A stretch of DNA of 64,000 bases from Fidelibacterota bacterium (GTDB lineage: Bacteria > Fidelibacterota > Marinisomatia > Marinisomatales > TCS56). The stretch lies in NCBI GenBank assembly GCA_043822705.1, contig JBDRBK010000115.1, positions 1-64,000 of the forward strand, in the 5' to 3' direction. The notes beneath the pieces were generated by a model, which saw only the letters and a program-made list of their open reading frames with translations, had not been told where the DNA came from and did not search any database. This document shows positions 28,675 to 39,358 of the stretch, piece after piece. The number at the start of each line of letters is the position of its first letter. Within the stretch, counting starts at the first letter, position 1. The position numbers and the translations under genes were made by a program.

Positions 28675-28965
28675 ATGAGGTCATTTATTGGATTTCCGAA
28701 GGAAATAATAAGTAAGTATGTAACTCCACCTCATTTACCAGAAGGAACAGAGCCGGGTGAACTTAAAAAAGAAAGTCTTACATTTACCCATATTGGTGAC
28801 TATCATCGGATTGTAACTATATCGGAGCCTTTCATTAGTGCTTTAGTCCAACTTTGTTTGAATTCAATTTCTGGCTATGGTACACCTGATTATCCTGAAA
28901 CAATGAAAAATGCAATTAATTATAGACTCAAACAATCGTTATTAGGAATTAAATCTGGGGAATAA
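28675..28965 (+). CDS. Hypothetical protein, probably a 3' remnant truncated by IS256
   Basis: AT-rich ORF starting 3 bp from the IS end, directly upstream of vsr. Confidence 0.35.
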   Translation: MRSFIGFPKEIISKYVTPPHLPEGTEPGELKKESLTFTHIGDYHRIVTISEPFISALVQLCLNSISGYGTPDYPETMKNAINYRLKQSLLGIKSGE

Positions 28966-28975
28966 ACTATTTTCA

Positions 28976-29395
28976 GTGAATGATAACCTAACAAAAACGC
29001 AACGAAGTTATTGTATGTCCCAAAATAAGGGTAAAGATACAAATTCAGAAAAAAAAGTGAGATCAGAATTGCATTTCAGGGGTTTTCGCTTCCGGAAAAA
29101 TGATAAACGCTATCCCGGTAAGCCGGATATTGTATTACCGAAATATAAATGCATAATATTTATTAATGGCTGCTTTTGGCACGGTCACAAAGGATGTAAA
29201 GCCTCGAAATTACCGGATAGTAATCGTCCGTTCTGGGAAAAGAAGATTTCTGATAATATCAATAGAGATGTCAGCAATATCAGTGAATTAGAAGAACTTG
29301 GCTTTAGGGTGATTACAGTATGGGAATGTGAATTGGTTGCAAAAGCCAATAGGGCTACACGGCTAGAACGATTGAAAAATGAGATAATTATGTAA
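28976..29395 (+). CDS. vsr: Very short patch repair endonuclease
   Basis: 'QRSYCMS', 'PGKPDIV', 'IFINGCFWHGH', 'FWEKKI', 'VITVWECE'. Confidence 0.92.
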   Translation: MNDNLTKTQRSYCMSQNKGKDTNSEKKVRSELHFRGFRFRKNDKRYPGKPDIVLPKYKCIIFINGCFWHGHKGCKASKLPDSNRPFWEKKISDNINRDVSNISELEELGFRVITVWECELVAKANRATRLERLKNEIIM

Positions 29396-29446
29396 ACCGT
29401 GAATATCATAAGCTAATTTAATAACGGAGCTTGCCCCGCGTAATGA

Positions 29447-29471
29447 AAAAGCCCCTCAAAAAGGGGCTTTT
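29447..29471. terminator. Bidirectional intrinsic terminator between vsr and the tRNA
   Basis: aaaagcccct-caaaa-aggggctttt. Confidence 0.8.
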
Positions 29472-29476
29472 GAATG

Positions 29477-29550
<74 letters not shown>

Positions 29551-29583
29551 ATCGTTAATTTTTTATGATCTTAATCGGTGCCG

Positions 29584-29661
29584 CCAGACTGCTCCCCGCC
29601 TGACCGAGTCAAACAGACGGTCCAACTGTGTCAAACAGTGGCGGGCAGGCACCCCGCGATC
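29584..29661 (-). repeat. Duplicate of the tRNA 5' end, interrupted by a 55-bp insert
   Basis: ccagactgctcc[29596-29650]accccgcgatc versus ccagactgctccaccccgcgatc at 29531-29553. Confidence 0.8.
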
Positions 29662-29861
29662 ATTTGTTTTCCGGTATAAAAAGCGCTGCCAAAATTAGGA
29701 CATTCCGTTGTCTTATACAATAGACATGGAAGGGAGATTGGAAAAATCACTCCGTCTGGCGATGCAGTCTGCCATTGGCCGAAAAATTCGCCTTTAACTG
29801 CCGGAATCGGACCTATATTTACACCGGTGAGCGGGTAATTTCAACAAACAGGACGGGCATC

Positions 29862-31106
29862 ATGAAATTAATCAGATTAGTGACGGCACTGCTGATCGCA
29901 GGCAATTTTACCATCGCGGAGGAACCTCCAACATTCAAGGTCGATCAACTGGCGGACCAGATCTACAAATTCACTATCGACGGCGGCGGTTACGATGTGA
30001 AGGTGATCGCTTCCATCGGCGCCGACGGTATTCTGCTGGTGGATACCGGCCAGAAGGGCAGCGCCGAAGCGCTGAAAGAGCTGGTGCTTTCCTATGGCAA
30101 AGGCCTGCCGAAATACATCATTTTCACCCACGCCCACGTCGAGCACACCGCCGGCAATTATATCTTCGGTCCCGAGCCGGTCCTGATCGGTCACGACAAG
30201 CTGCGAACCCGCCTGCGCAGCGGCAGTTACCTGTTCGATGAATTCCCCGACCATTCCATTCCCGAGCTGACTTTCGACAAGTCACTGACCCTCAATTTCA
30301 ACGGCGAGGAAATCCGGCTGCTGGCTTTTCCCGGCGGCCATGACGACAGCGATATCGTGGTCTGGTTCAGCGGTTCGCGGGTAGCCTGCATCGGCGCCCT
30401 TGCCAACGGTCACCATTTTCCCTCGATCGACGGCAACACCGGTGATATCATGAAATATCCGGGGATCGCCCACGCCGTTTATGATATCCTGCCACCGGAT
30501 GTGACCATCGTCCCCGGGCACGGAGCCGACGGCACAATGGCCGATTTCGCCCGCTTCAACAACATGCTGGACCGGAGTTTTGCCCTGGTCAAACAGGGCA
30601 TCGACGCCGGTCAGGACCTGGCCGCCCTGCAGCAGGCCAATATTCTCGGAGAATTCGCCGATTTCGGCGGCAGCTATACCAGTCTGGACCGCTGGATCAA
30701 ATATATTTACGATGGTTATACCGAACCGGCGCCCGGCAAGGATCGGAAATCGCTCTACGATCCGATCTATTATGCCATCCGGGATGAGGGTGCTTCGGCG
30801 GCGGTGGAGCTGTACCAGAAGCTGAAGCGCGAAGCGGTCGACGAATATTATTTCCGGGATAATTTTCCACTGTTTGTCGGCTATAAACTGTACAACATCG
30901 GCCGCTATGCCGAAGCGCTACCGTTCCTGCAGTTGGATGTGAAGGAATTTCCCGGGACGGATTACGAATGGCTGTCGTACTATTATCTGGGGCTGACGGC
31001 GAAGGAGACCGGAGATATCAAACTGGCCCGCAAAAGCCTGAAGCAGGCCCTGAAACTGAATCCCGATGAAGAGGATATTAAGACCAGCCTGGCCGAGCTG
31101 GACTGA
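29862..31106 (+). CDS. Exported MBL-fold metallo-hydrolase with C-terminal TPR
   Basis: 'LLVDTG', 'THAHVEHTAGN' (Glu in place of the usual Asp), 'VPGHG'; 'ALKLNPD' TPR. Confidence 0.85.
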   Translation: MKLIRLVTALLIAGNFTIAEEPPTFKVDQLADQIYKFTIDGGGYDVKVIASIGADGILLVDTGQKGSAEALKELVLSYGKGLPKYIIFTHAHVEHTAGNYIFGPEPVLIGHDKLRTRLRSGSYLFDEFPDHSIPELTFDKSLTLNFNGEEIRLLAFPGGHDDSDIVVWFSGSRVACIGALANGHHFPSIDGNTGDIMKYPGIAHAVYDILPPDVTIVPGHGADGTMADFARFNNMLDRSFALVKQGIDAGQDLAALQQANILGEFADFGGSYTSLDRWIKYIYDGYTEPAPGKDRKSLYDPIYYAIRDEGASAAVELYQKLKREAVDEYYFRDNFPLFVGYKLYNIGRYAEALPFLQLDVKEFPGTDYEWLSYYYLGLTAKETGDIKLARKSLKQALKLNPDEEDIKTSLAELD

Positions 31107-31151
31107 CCGCCGTTAAATAGCACTCACGTTTTACACTTCGTTTGTACAGTT

Positions 31152-31334
31152 TTAGCGTGAGGCCCGGCTGAGTTCGTAGTGACAGGTCGGGCAGACCCAC
31201 AGGTGGCGGCCGAAGGACATTTCGAACATCATCAGATATTCGCTGCCGTCCTGGCAGCGCTGGCAGCCGCCGGCGGGCATTAACCGCGGGAGCGGTTCAC
31301 TGATCCGGGCACGATTTTTCCTGTTTGTTTTCAT
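31152..31334 (-). CDS. Small putative zinc-ribbon protein
   Basis: CQRC...CPTC; GGAG upstream of the ATG; sigma54-like motif upstream. Confidence 0.5.
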   Translation of the reverse strand: MKTNRKNRARISEPLPRLMPAGGCQRCQDGSEYLMMFEMSFGRHLWVCPTCHYELSRASR

Positions 31335-31382
31335 CGCATACTCCGTAGTTCATTGCTGAAAATCGTATCTGCCTGTATATAG

Positions 31383-31398
31383 ACAAATATTGTGCCAA
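31383..31398 (-). promoter_or_regulatory. Sigma54-like -24/-12 promoter
   Basis: Minus strand TTGGCAC-AATAT-TTGT versus consensus TGGCAC-N5-TTGC. Confidence 0.55.
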
Positions 31399-31512
31399 GG
31401 GATCCAAAATGGACGCAAAACCGGGGAATATCGGTAACAGCGAATTAGGAATCAGGCCGGTTGGAGTATTATAGTCATGCCGAAAAAGGCGGGACCGGTC
31501 TTGGTCAGGACT

Positions 31513-32745
31513 TCACTGAGCCAGTGATTCGAAGCCGGCCAACCATTCGAACATCCCCGAGAAAGCGCTGAGAATGGCCGTTCCGTGGCTGCCGCCGGGA
31601 ATCGTCACCAGATTCACCGCTGCCGTGGAAGTGGCTGACAGATTGGCTACGGCGGTCAGGGCGTTATAGTAGGGTACCGTCTCATCGGCGTCGCCATGGA
31701 AGAAGGTCAGCGGCACGCTGGGGTGCCAGTCCAGCAGGGTGTTTTCCCGGAGAATGGCGGTCAATTCCGGCTCGTTACCGCCAAGATAGCCACTGATGAA
31801 ATCGTCGTGGAAAAGGTCGCCAAGCGTTCCCGGCAGGATGGCGGTGATCTGATCGTAATCGCTGGTACCGTCGAACAGACCCGGGATCAGCTCGGCATAG
31901 GGCGGCTGGAAAATATCAGCCAGCCGCAGTTCGTCATAAATATCGGCGTAGGCCGCCAGGATGAAGGCGGGATAGAGTGGTTGGGTATAATCGCTGTCCT
32001 GGAAGATCGAGTCGACCGTGCCGGTCAGATCGTAGGGTCCCGCCATCGGCGCCACCGCCGTCAGATTGAATTCGTCGGAAAAATTCTGTTCGATTTCCCG
32101 GTGGGTTGCCAGCGTGGCGTAACCGCCTTCGGAATAGCCGGTGAGAAACAGACGGTCGTCGAGATCGATTTCCCGTTCCCGGCAGAAATTGCGGCCGGCG
32201 CGGATAAAATCGATCACCGCCGAGGCCAGCGACCGGGCGTGCAAATAGGGATGCAGCAATTCCGACTGGCCGTAGCCGAGGTAGTCAGGCACGGCGGTGC
32301 AGTAGCCCCGGGAAGCGGCGATCAGACCGATGAAGCCTTCGCCGGAATTATAGGGATGGACCGATGCCACCGCGTCGCGCTCGGTCACCGTACCGTGCTG
32401 GAGGCTCAACAGGGGGTAGGCCGGGCCGCCAACTGGCACGAACAATGCGCCTGAAGCCTTTACATCGGCGCCGGCCGGATCGATCGTTTCATAGATTATC
32501 CGGTAGGCGTCTACCGCGAATTGCGGATCACTGCTGTTATCGAAACCGGCAAGAGTGATGATGGTGGCGATCTGTTCGCTGGTATAACTGCCCAACGCCG
32601 TCGCGCTGACAATCTCGCCGCGGATGGGCTGGTCTTCCGGGTTGAGGTCGCAGCTGCCGGTCATGACGATCAGCGCAATCAGAATGGCGCAGCGAGGCAA
32701 ATTACCCCCGATCGATTTACCGTGATTGAATAGATTGCTTTTCAT
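31513..32745 (-). CDS. Secretory lipase-family alpha/beta hydrolase (lipoprotein)
   Basis: 'QHGT', 'PDYLGYG', nucleophile 'GYSEGG', 'HGDADETVP'. Confidence 0.85.
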   Translation of the reverse strand: MKSNLFNHGKSIGGNLPRCAILIALIVMTGSCDLNPEDQPIRGEIVSATALGSYTSEQIATIITLAGFDNSSDPQFAVDAYRIIYETIDPAGADVKASGALFVPVGGPAYPLLSLQHGTVTERDAVASVHPYNSGEGFIGLIAASRGYCTAVPDYLGYGQSELLHPYLHARSLASAVIDFIRAGRNFCREREIDLDDRLFLTGYSEGGYATLATHREIEQNFSDEFNLTAVAPMAGPYDLTGTVDSIFQDSDYTQPLYPAFILAAYADIYDELRLADIFQPPYAELIPGLFDGTSDYDQITAILPGTLGDLFHDDFISGYLGGNEPELTAILRENTLLDWHPSVPLTFFHGDADETVPYYNALTAVANLSATSTAAVNLVTIPGGSHGTAILSAFSGMFEWLAGFESLAQ

Positions 32746-32997
32746 TGATTTTCCTGACAACCGTCCGCGGGCGTTCATGGTCCTATTTGCTGCGGGAAGT
32801 TAACAATTTGACGGACGCCGGCGGATTAATATCTCCGGAAAATATTTACTTGGCCGCAGTTCTGTCCAGTAGAAAATCTGCGGCGATCAATCGTCCGATG
32901 GTTGTAATTTCGCCAATGAATAATTACTGGCTGAATATACCTGTTAATCCGATCCACACTGCAATTTTAATAATCACCAATCGGGAGGAACCCAATT

Positions 32998-35088
32998 GTG
33001 AGACAACTGCAATTATTGGTACTGATCGTCGGGGTGGGACTGATGTCCTGTAGCAAAACCAGCGACAATCCGTTTTTCACGGAATGGGATACGCCCTTCC
33101 AGGCGCCCCCGTTCGATCAGATCAGTGAAGAACATTACTTGCCGGCTCTGCTGGCCGGGATCGAGCGGGAAAAGACCGAAATAGCGGCGATTGTCGACAA
33201 TCCGGCGTCCCCCACCTATGCCAACACGATCGAAGCCTACGAAGCCAGCGGTGAATTTCTGACCCGGGTCGAGGAAGTATTCTTCAGCATTTCCGGTACG
33301 GATGCCACCCCCGGAATCGATGATATCGAGCGCGAGTACACGCCGATACAGTCCCAGCATAGTGATGATATTCTGCTGAACAAGGAACTGTTCCGACGCA
33401 TTAAAACCGTTTATGAGCAGGCCAATCGTACCAGTCTAACGGTCGAGCAAAACACACTCCTGGAGAAGATCTACAAGGACTTTGTCCGCAACGGTGCCGA
33501 TCTTGCCGCCGATCAGCAAACCGAGCTGCGACGGATAAACGAGGAACTGGCCAATCTGAAAATGGAATTCGGTCAGAATATCCGCAAGGAAAATAATACC
33601 TGGGAAATGCTGATCGACAAAGAGGCCGATCTGGTCGGGTTGCCGCTACGGGTCCGGGCCGGCGCCGATCAACTGGCGCGTGAGCGCGGTTACGCCGGAA
33701 AATGGCTGTTCACCCTCGATAAACCCAGCCTGACGCCGTTTCTGCAGTATTCCCAGCGCCGTGATCTGCGCGAACGGATTTTTATGGCTTATATCCATCG
33801 CGGCGATAACAACGATAAACTGGATAATAAAAACAAGATAATCAAAATCGTCAACCTGCGGATCGAACGTTCCCAATTGCTGGGTTATGACACCTATGCC
33901 GATTATTCGCTGGAACGCAGCATGGCCAAAACCAGCGCCAATGTATACGACCTGCTGTACAAGTTATGGGGACCGGCCCAGAACCGCGCCCGGATGGAAG
34001 TGGCGGAGATGCAGGCCATCATCGACCGGGAAGGCGGTGGTTTCAAGCTCCAGCCCTGGGACTGGTGGTACTACGGCGAGAAACTGCGCCAGGAAAAATA
34101 TAACCTGGTTGACGATCAATTGCGGCCATATTTCGAGATCAATAATGTGCTGCAGGGGGCATTTGATGTCGCCTCGCGCCTGTACGGTATCAGTTTTACC
34201 CGGCGGGATGATATCCCGGTGTATAATCCTGATGTAAAGGTTTACGAAGTCAAGGAAGCCGACGGCACCCATATCGGCCTCCTGTATACTGATTACCATC
34301 CGCGGGTCGGCAAGCAGGTGGGGGCCTGGTGCGGCGGTTTCCGCGGACAGTCCAACCGCCACGGCCACTGGGTGACGCCGCTGGTGACTAATGTCTGCAA
34401 TTTTTCCGCGCCGACGGCAGAAATTCCCGCACTGATCAGTTTCAGCGAAGTGGAAACGCTGTTCCACGAATTCGGCCATGCCCTGCACAGCCTGTTGCAG
34501 ACCTGTGTTTATCCCAGCCAGCTGATGCCGCGGGATTTCGTCGAACTGCCTAGCCAGGTGATGGAAAACTGGGCTGCCGAGCCGGAGGTGCTGCGGTTGT
34601 ACGCCCGGCATTTCATTACCGGTCGGCCGATTCCCGAGGATCTGATCGAGAAAATCCGCAATTCGCGTCTGCATAACCAGGGCTTTATCAACACCGAATA
34701 CCTGGCGGCGTCGCTGTTGGATATGGAATGGCATACCCTGAATACACCGGTCGACGGTGATCCTGTGGCGTTTGAGAACGCGGTCTTTAAAAAAATCGGC
34801 TTGATTCCGGAAATTGTATCCCGTTACCGCAGTCCCTATTTCAACCATGTCTTTTCCTGGGGCTACTCCGCCGGGTACTACAGCTATATGTGGGCCCAGG
34901 TGCTGGATGCGGACGCCTTCCAGGCCTTCAAGGACTCGGGCGACCTCTACAACCAGGAGCTGGCGGCCAAATTCAGAAAATACGTGCTTGGTCTGAGCGG
35001 TACCGAAGATGCTATGGATATTTACCGCAAATTCCGCGGCGGCGACCCGGACATCCAACCGCTGCTGGTGAAACGGGGACTGAATTAG
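32998..35088 (+). CDS. dcp: M3A metallopeptidase (peptidyl-dipeptidase Dcp-like), lipoprotein
   Basis: 'FHEFGHALH', 'RDFVELPSQ', 'YSAGYYSYMWA'. Confidence 0.9.
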   Translation: MRQLQLLVLIVGVGLMSCSKTSDNPFFTEWDTPFQAPPFDQISEEHYLPALLAGIEREKTEIAAIVDNPASPTYANTIEAYEASGEFLTRVEEVFFSISGTDATPGIDDIEREYTPIQSQHSDDILLNKELFRRIKTVYEQANRTSLTVEQNTLLEKIYKDFVRNGADLAADQQTELRRINEELANLKMEFGQNIRKENNTWEMLIDKEADLVGLPLRVRAGADQLARERGYAGKWLFTLDKPSLTPFLQYSQRRDLRERIFMAYIHRGDNNDKLDNKNKIIKIVNLRIERSQLLGYDTYADYSLERSMAKTSANVYDLLYKLWGPAQNRARMEVAEMQAIIDREGGGFKLQPWDWWYYGEKLRQEKYNLVDDQLRPYFEINNVLQGAFDVASRLYGISFTRRDDIPVYNPDVKVYEVKEADGTHIGLLYTDYHPRVGKQVGAWCGGFRGQSNRHGHWVTPLVTNVCNFSAPTAEIPALISFSEVETLFHEFGHALHSLLQTCVYPSQLMPRDFVELPSQVMENWAAEPEVLRLYARHFITGRPIPEDLIEKIRNSRLHNQGFINTEYLAASLLDMEWHTLNTPVDGDPVAFENAVFKKIGLIPEIVSRYRSPYFNHVFSWGYSAGYYSYMWAQVLDADAFQAFKDSGDLYNQELAAKFRKYVLGLSGTEDAMDIYRKFRGGDPDIQPLLVKRGLN

Positions 35089-35114
35089 CTGACTGAACCG
35101 ACGAGTGGAATTTT

Positions 35115-35142
35115 AAAAGGCGGCCCGTGAGCCGCCTTTTTT
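35115..35142. terminator. Bidirectional intrinsic terminator
   Basis: aaaaggcggc-ccgtga-gccgcctttttt between convergent genes. Confidence 0.85.
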
Positions 35143-35170
35143 AATGATATGTTCGTGATTGCTGCCTGTC

Positions 35171-36064
35171 TCAGGCGGCAAGATCGGCCAGGAATTTCCG
35201 CATCTCCACCACCATGTCGCCGCTGTGGGTACGGGTGTTGGTCCCCATATCGATATAGCTGCAGCGGGACAGCAGCGGAATCATTTTGGCGATGTTGCCC
35301 GGATCGTGCAGTTTATCGGATTCGGCGCCGAAAATCAGGACCGGCAGGGTAACCCCCGGCAGGGTATCCCAGATTTCATATTTGATCAGTTCCCGCGCCG
35401 CCTGCTTCAGTTTGTAGGGGTCGGCGTCGTCAAGATTGGCACAGTATTTTTGGTACTGAACCGGGTCGGCCTGGGCATCGACGCGGAAATTCCGCAGATA
35501 CCATTTTAAAAACGGTTTCATGATCAGATAAAGCCGCGGCGGAAAAATCCGGATCAGCAATCCGCCCCACCAGGGCGAATGAAAAACGGCGTTGGGTCCC
35601 ACCAGGATCAGGGCTAAGGGCCGCTGATTCAGATCGCGGCAGCTTTCCAGGATCGCCGTGGCACCCAGCGAACTGCCGAAAAGCAGGTAATTGTCAGCGG
35701 TCAGCCCGAACCGGTCCACCAGACGCACGATGTCGCGGGCGATGGCCGCCACACCGTATTCAACCCGGCCACTGACGACAGAAGTGACTTTTTCCCGTGA
35801 GTCCACATAGTACACTTTATGATCCCGGGTCATTTCCCGCAGGGCATGCACCCAACTGTCCAGGCGCGATATCCAGCCGGGGATGAACAGCACAGGTGGG
35901 TTGGTTGTTTTGACCGGCGGCGTGAACGTGATTACCCGCAGACTGACACGGTCGGATATTGCCAGCATTTCTTCCAGGATGTGACAGCCGGGTGCGCAGT
36001 ATTCGGTCAGGTCGAGTGCCGGTGCAGCGGTCCGCAGATCTGAGGCCGTCAGTGACGAACTCAT
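35171..36064 (-). CDS. Alpha/beta-fold hydrolase
   Basis: 'VLFIPGW', 'GSSLGA', 'PVLIFGAESD', C-terminal His. Confidence 0.8.
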   Translation of the reverse strand: MSSSLTASDLRTAAPALDLTEYCAPGCHILEEMLAISDRVSLRVITFTPPVKTTNPPVLFIPGWISRLDSWVHALREMTRDHKVYYVDSREKVTSVVSGRVEYGVAAIARDIVRLVDRFGLTADNYLLFGSSLGATAILESCRDLNQRPLALILVGPNAVFHSPWWGGLLIRIFPPRLYLIMKPFLKWYLRNFRVDAQADPVQYQKYCANLDDADPYKLKQAARELIKYEIWDTLPGVTLPVLIFGAESDKLHDPGNIAKMIPLLSRCSYIDMGTNTRTHSGDMVVEMRKFLADLAA

Positions 36065-37005
36065 ATCACTACCCGGATCGCCTGCTTCATAACGGAGTAG
36101 CGGGCCGGCGGATAGCCGGCGATCTCACCGTCGGTCTCGATACAGATATCCTGGTCCGAGTCGATTTCGAACGATTGGCACTGCCAGTGATGGGCGGCCT
36201 TGTTCTTGAGGACCGAGCCCAAGTAGAGCGTGGGAATTACCGCCAACAGCCGCAGCCGCGACAACGGTTCCAGCAGGACCACGTCGACCAGACCGTTATC
36301 CTGAATGCATTCGATGCCGTAATTCATGCCGCCGCCGAAATACGGCGTCTTGAATACGGTGACGTTGCTCATCTGCGAGCCGGACCACTCCTCACCATCG
36401 ATCCTGATCCGGCAGTCATAAGGTGTGAATTCGCGGATCGCGCCCAGTCCGGCCATGATCGCGCCCAGGTCGACGCTCAGGCGCTTGATGATCTGTGACA
36501 GGCCGGTGACGTTATTGTAGCGGTTGTTGGCGGCACTGATCACGCCGATGCTGGAATTGTTAATGAAATAGCGACTGGCAGGCTGGCCGTCACGGTCAAG
36601 GCATTCCACCAGACAGATGTCGATCAGGGAGGTTTCATTGCTGGTAAAGCGATCCAGCAGGCTGCGACCATCGGGGAATTTCCGGGCAAAATCGCAACTG
36701 CTGCCGGCCGGGAAGTACAGTAGCTGCAACTCGGAGGTGATCTGCTGGCCGAATTGCGCCAGTCCCTGGATCGTTTCGTTGATCGTACCGTCGCCGCCGA
36801 ATACGGCGATGCGCTTGTATCCCCGGCGAATCAGGTCGCCGGCGATTTCCGTGGCGTGGGAGGGGTACTCGGTGACTTGGTAGTCGAAAGCGAGGTTGTG
36901 ATCCTCTAACTGGCGCTTGAATTTTACCCAGCGCTTGGCCGCCAGCCATTCCCCCGCCGCCGGATTGCAAATAATAAACGTCTGGTCCATTGCCGTCTGA
37001 TTCAT
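36061..37005 (-). CDS. Diacylglycerol/lipid kinase family (YegS/DagK-like)
   Basis: 'ICNPAAG', 'GGDGTINE', 'PAGSSCDFAR', 'YFGGGM', 'ETDGE'. Confidence 0.9.
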   Translation of the reverse strand: MNQTAMDQTFIICNPAAGEWLAAKRWVKFKRQLEDHNLAFDYQVTEYPSHATEIAGDLIRRGYKRIAVFGGDGTINETIQGLAQFGQQITSELQLLYFPAGSSCDFARKFPDGRSLLDRFTSNETSLIDICLVECLDRDGQPASRYFINNSSIGVISAANNRYNNVTGLSQIIKRLSVDLGAIMAGLGAIREFTPYDCRIRIDGEEWSGSQMSNVTVFKTPYFGGGMNYGIECIQDNGLVDVVLLEPLSRLRLLAVIPTLYLGSVLKNKAAHHWQCQSFEIDSDQDICIETDGEIAGYPPARYSVMKQAIRVVI

Positions 37006-37331
37006 ATTTCCCCAACAAGCTGATTGCGCTAAAGTATTAACAATTTCCGTTACCGGGCAAAATAAAGTTTTCGGTCGGGTAACAAGATTTTCTCGAAATG
37101 CTAGGAATGCAATAATTCGGGATTAAACCCGGATCGCATTTTAATAGCAAGAAAATATTAAATTGGCGGACAACTAAATGCCAGAGCAGGTGTCGATCAG
37201 TTATGGTAGCGAATATTGTCTGAGAGGGGTAGAGCCCTGCATTACAGCTATAGAGTATTTCCTTACCTCCCGGGTCGCGCGTATCCGGTTATGATTATAT
37301 TTCAACGAATGCAAATGAAAGGAACCAGTTG

Positions 37332-39197
37332 ATGAAGTACAGAAAACCGATATTTATTGGTTTGACCGTTATATTCGCCTGTTTCACATTGCTGCCGGCG
37401 AGTGATATTCCGCAGCGCAGCGACATGGAGGAACAATATCTCTGGGATCTCACCAGCATCTATCCTTCCATCGCGGAATGGGAAAAGAATTTTCTGGCGG
37501 TGGAGACGGGGATGACCGAATTCGAAAAATACCGGGGAACGCTTGGCAAATCCGGTGTCAATATTCTGAAATGTCTGCAACAGGACACGGAATTATCGAA
37601 AAAACTGGATAATCTGTATGTCTATTCCGGTCTGTTGAAAGATCAGGATACGCGGGTTTCGGAAAACATGGCCCTGGACGATCGCGCCCGCAGTCTGCTG
37701 GTCAAATACGGAGAAGCAACCGCCTATATCGTACCGGAATTGCAGACCATCCCCGAGAAAAAGTTGACTAAATTCATCGTCAAAACACCGGGACTGGAAG
37801 TATATCAGTTTTTCTTCGATAATCTGATTCGCCGGCGCGCTCACACACTTTCCACCGCCGAAGAAGAGCTGCTGGCCAAGGCCGGCGATTTATTCAACGG
37901 CCCCCAGAAAATTCACCAGCAGCTGACCAATGCCGATATGGTTTTTGGAATGGTGAAAGATGATGATGGTAACGAGATTCAGTTGACCCGCGGCCGCTAT
38001 TCAAAATTATTACAGTCACGCAATCCGGAAGTGCGGCGTGGCGCCTTCCTGACCCGGACTGAAGCCTTCGACAAGGTTAAGAATACCAATGCGGCGGTAT
38101 TCGATACCTACCTGAAGAAGGATTTATTCATTACCCGGGCTCGGAAGTACAACAGCACGCTGGAAATGGCTCTGGATGCCGACAACGTTCCGGTGGCAGT
38201 GTTCGACAACCTGCTGAACACGGTCTACGCCAATGTGGAATACCTGCATCGTTATATGGAGCTGCGGCGCAAGGTTATGGGCATGGATGAGATTCACCTG
38301 TACGACACGGCCTTTCCGATTGTCGATGATGTCAGCCTGGAAGTGACTTACGAGCAGGCCGTGGAAATGCTGCTCAAAGCCTTCGAGCCGATGGGCGAAG
38401 AGTACCTTGACATGGTCAAGCAGGGTTTTGCTTCGCGTTGGGTGGATGTTTATGAGAACGAAGGCAAGCGCGGCGGCGCCTACTCTTGGGGTACATTTAC
38501 GTCGCATCCCTACATCCTGATGAATTACAATGACACCCAGGATAACATGTTCACGCTGGCCCACGAGATGGGGCACGCCATGCACAGTTTTTATTCCAAC
38601 CAGAACCAGCCCTACCCGACGGCCGACTACACCCTGTTCGTGGCTGAAGTTGCTTCGACCTTTAACGAAGCGCTGCTGATGGATTACATGATGAAAAATA
38701 CCGACGACCCGAAACTGAAGCTGGCGCTGCTGGATCAGTGGGTGAACAATTACCTGGGCACGGTATTCACGCAGGTAATTTTTTCGGAATTCGAGCGCAA
38801 CGCCCATCAGATGGTGGCGGATGGCGTTCCGGCGACTGTGGAATCACTGAACCAGACCTATTTTGACGTCGAACATAAATGGTACGGTCCGGTGGCAGTA
38901 GTTGATGACGGCTACAAGTACAACTGGGGTCGGATACCGCATTTCTATCGCCGTTTCTATGTGTACAAATATGCCATCAGCTACTGCGCTTCGGCCTCCC
39001 TGGTCAAGGCAGTGCTGGAAGGCCGCGAAGGCGCGATGGAGAATTACATGAACTTCCTCAAATCCGGTGGCAGTGATTATTCAATCGAACTGCTGAAAAA
39101 AGCCGGTGTCGATCTCTCGACGCCCCAGCCGGTGGACGATGCCATGGAGGTATTCGGCAATCTGATCACCCAGATGGAAGAACTGCTGCTGCAGTAG
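37332..39197 (+). CDS. pepF: Oligoendopeptidase F (M3B) with signal peptide
   Basis: 'WDLTSIYP', 'GKRGGAYS', 'LAHEMGHAMHS', 'AEVASTFNE', 'RIPHFY'. Confidence 0.93.
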   Translation: MKYRKPIFIGLTVIFACFTLLPASDIPQRSDMEEQYLWDLTSIYPSIAEWEKNFLAVETGMTEFEKYRGTLGKSGVNILKCLQQDTELSKKLDNLYVYSGLLKDQDTRVSENMALDDRARSLLVKYGEATAYIVPELQTIPEKKLTKFIVKTPGLEVYQFFFDNLIRRRAHTLSTAEEELLAKAGDLFNGPQKIHQQLTNADMVFGMVKDDDGNEIQLTRGRYSKLLQSRNPEVRRGAFLTRTEAFDKVKNTNAAVFDTYLKKDLFITRARKYNSTLEMALDADNVPVAVFDNLLNTVYANVEYLHRYMELRRKVMGMDEIHLYDTAFPIVDDVSLEVTYEQAVEMLLKAFEPMGEEYLDMVKQGFASRWVDVYENEGKRGGAYSWGTFTSHPYILMNYNDTQDNMFTLAHEMGHAMHSFYSNQNQPYPTADYTLFVAEVASTFNEALLMDYMMKNTDDPKLKLALLDQWVNNYLGTVFTQVIFSEFERNAHQMVADGVPATVESLNQTYFDVEHKWYGPVAVVDDGYKYNWGRIPHFYRRFYVYKYAISYCASASLVKAVLEGREGAMENYMNFLKSGGSDYSIELLKKAGVDLSTPQPVDDAMEVFGNLITQMEELLLQ

Positions 39198-39221
39198 TCC
39201 GGATTAGTTTGCATGTTATGA

Positions 39222-39259
39222 GCGGCCCCGTCTTCAAAGAAGCTGGGGCCGTTTTGTTT
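39222..39259 (+). terminator. Intrinsic terminator after pepF
   Basis: gcggcccc...ggggccgt followed by tttgttt. Confidence 0.7.
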
Positions 39260-39358
39260 ACCGGCATTTTCAACCGGCGACTATGACCGCTGATTCATGT
39301 AAATTCCTGCTGTAATTTTGTGCTTCGGAAATTGAAACAGTGTTTAAGTCGAGGGGTA

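Noticed and set aside
25978..28680. IS256 target-site duplication
   Set aside because: Flanks ctgataga and agatgagg do not match
37006..37330. Riboswitch or ncRNA in this and other long intergenic gaps (48951-49235, 54979-55167)
   Set aside because: No recognisable conserved motif by eye; an Rfam/Infernal scan would be needed
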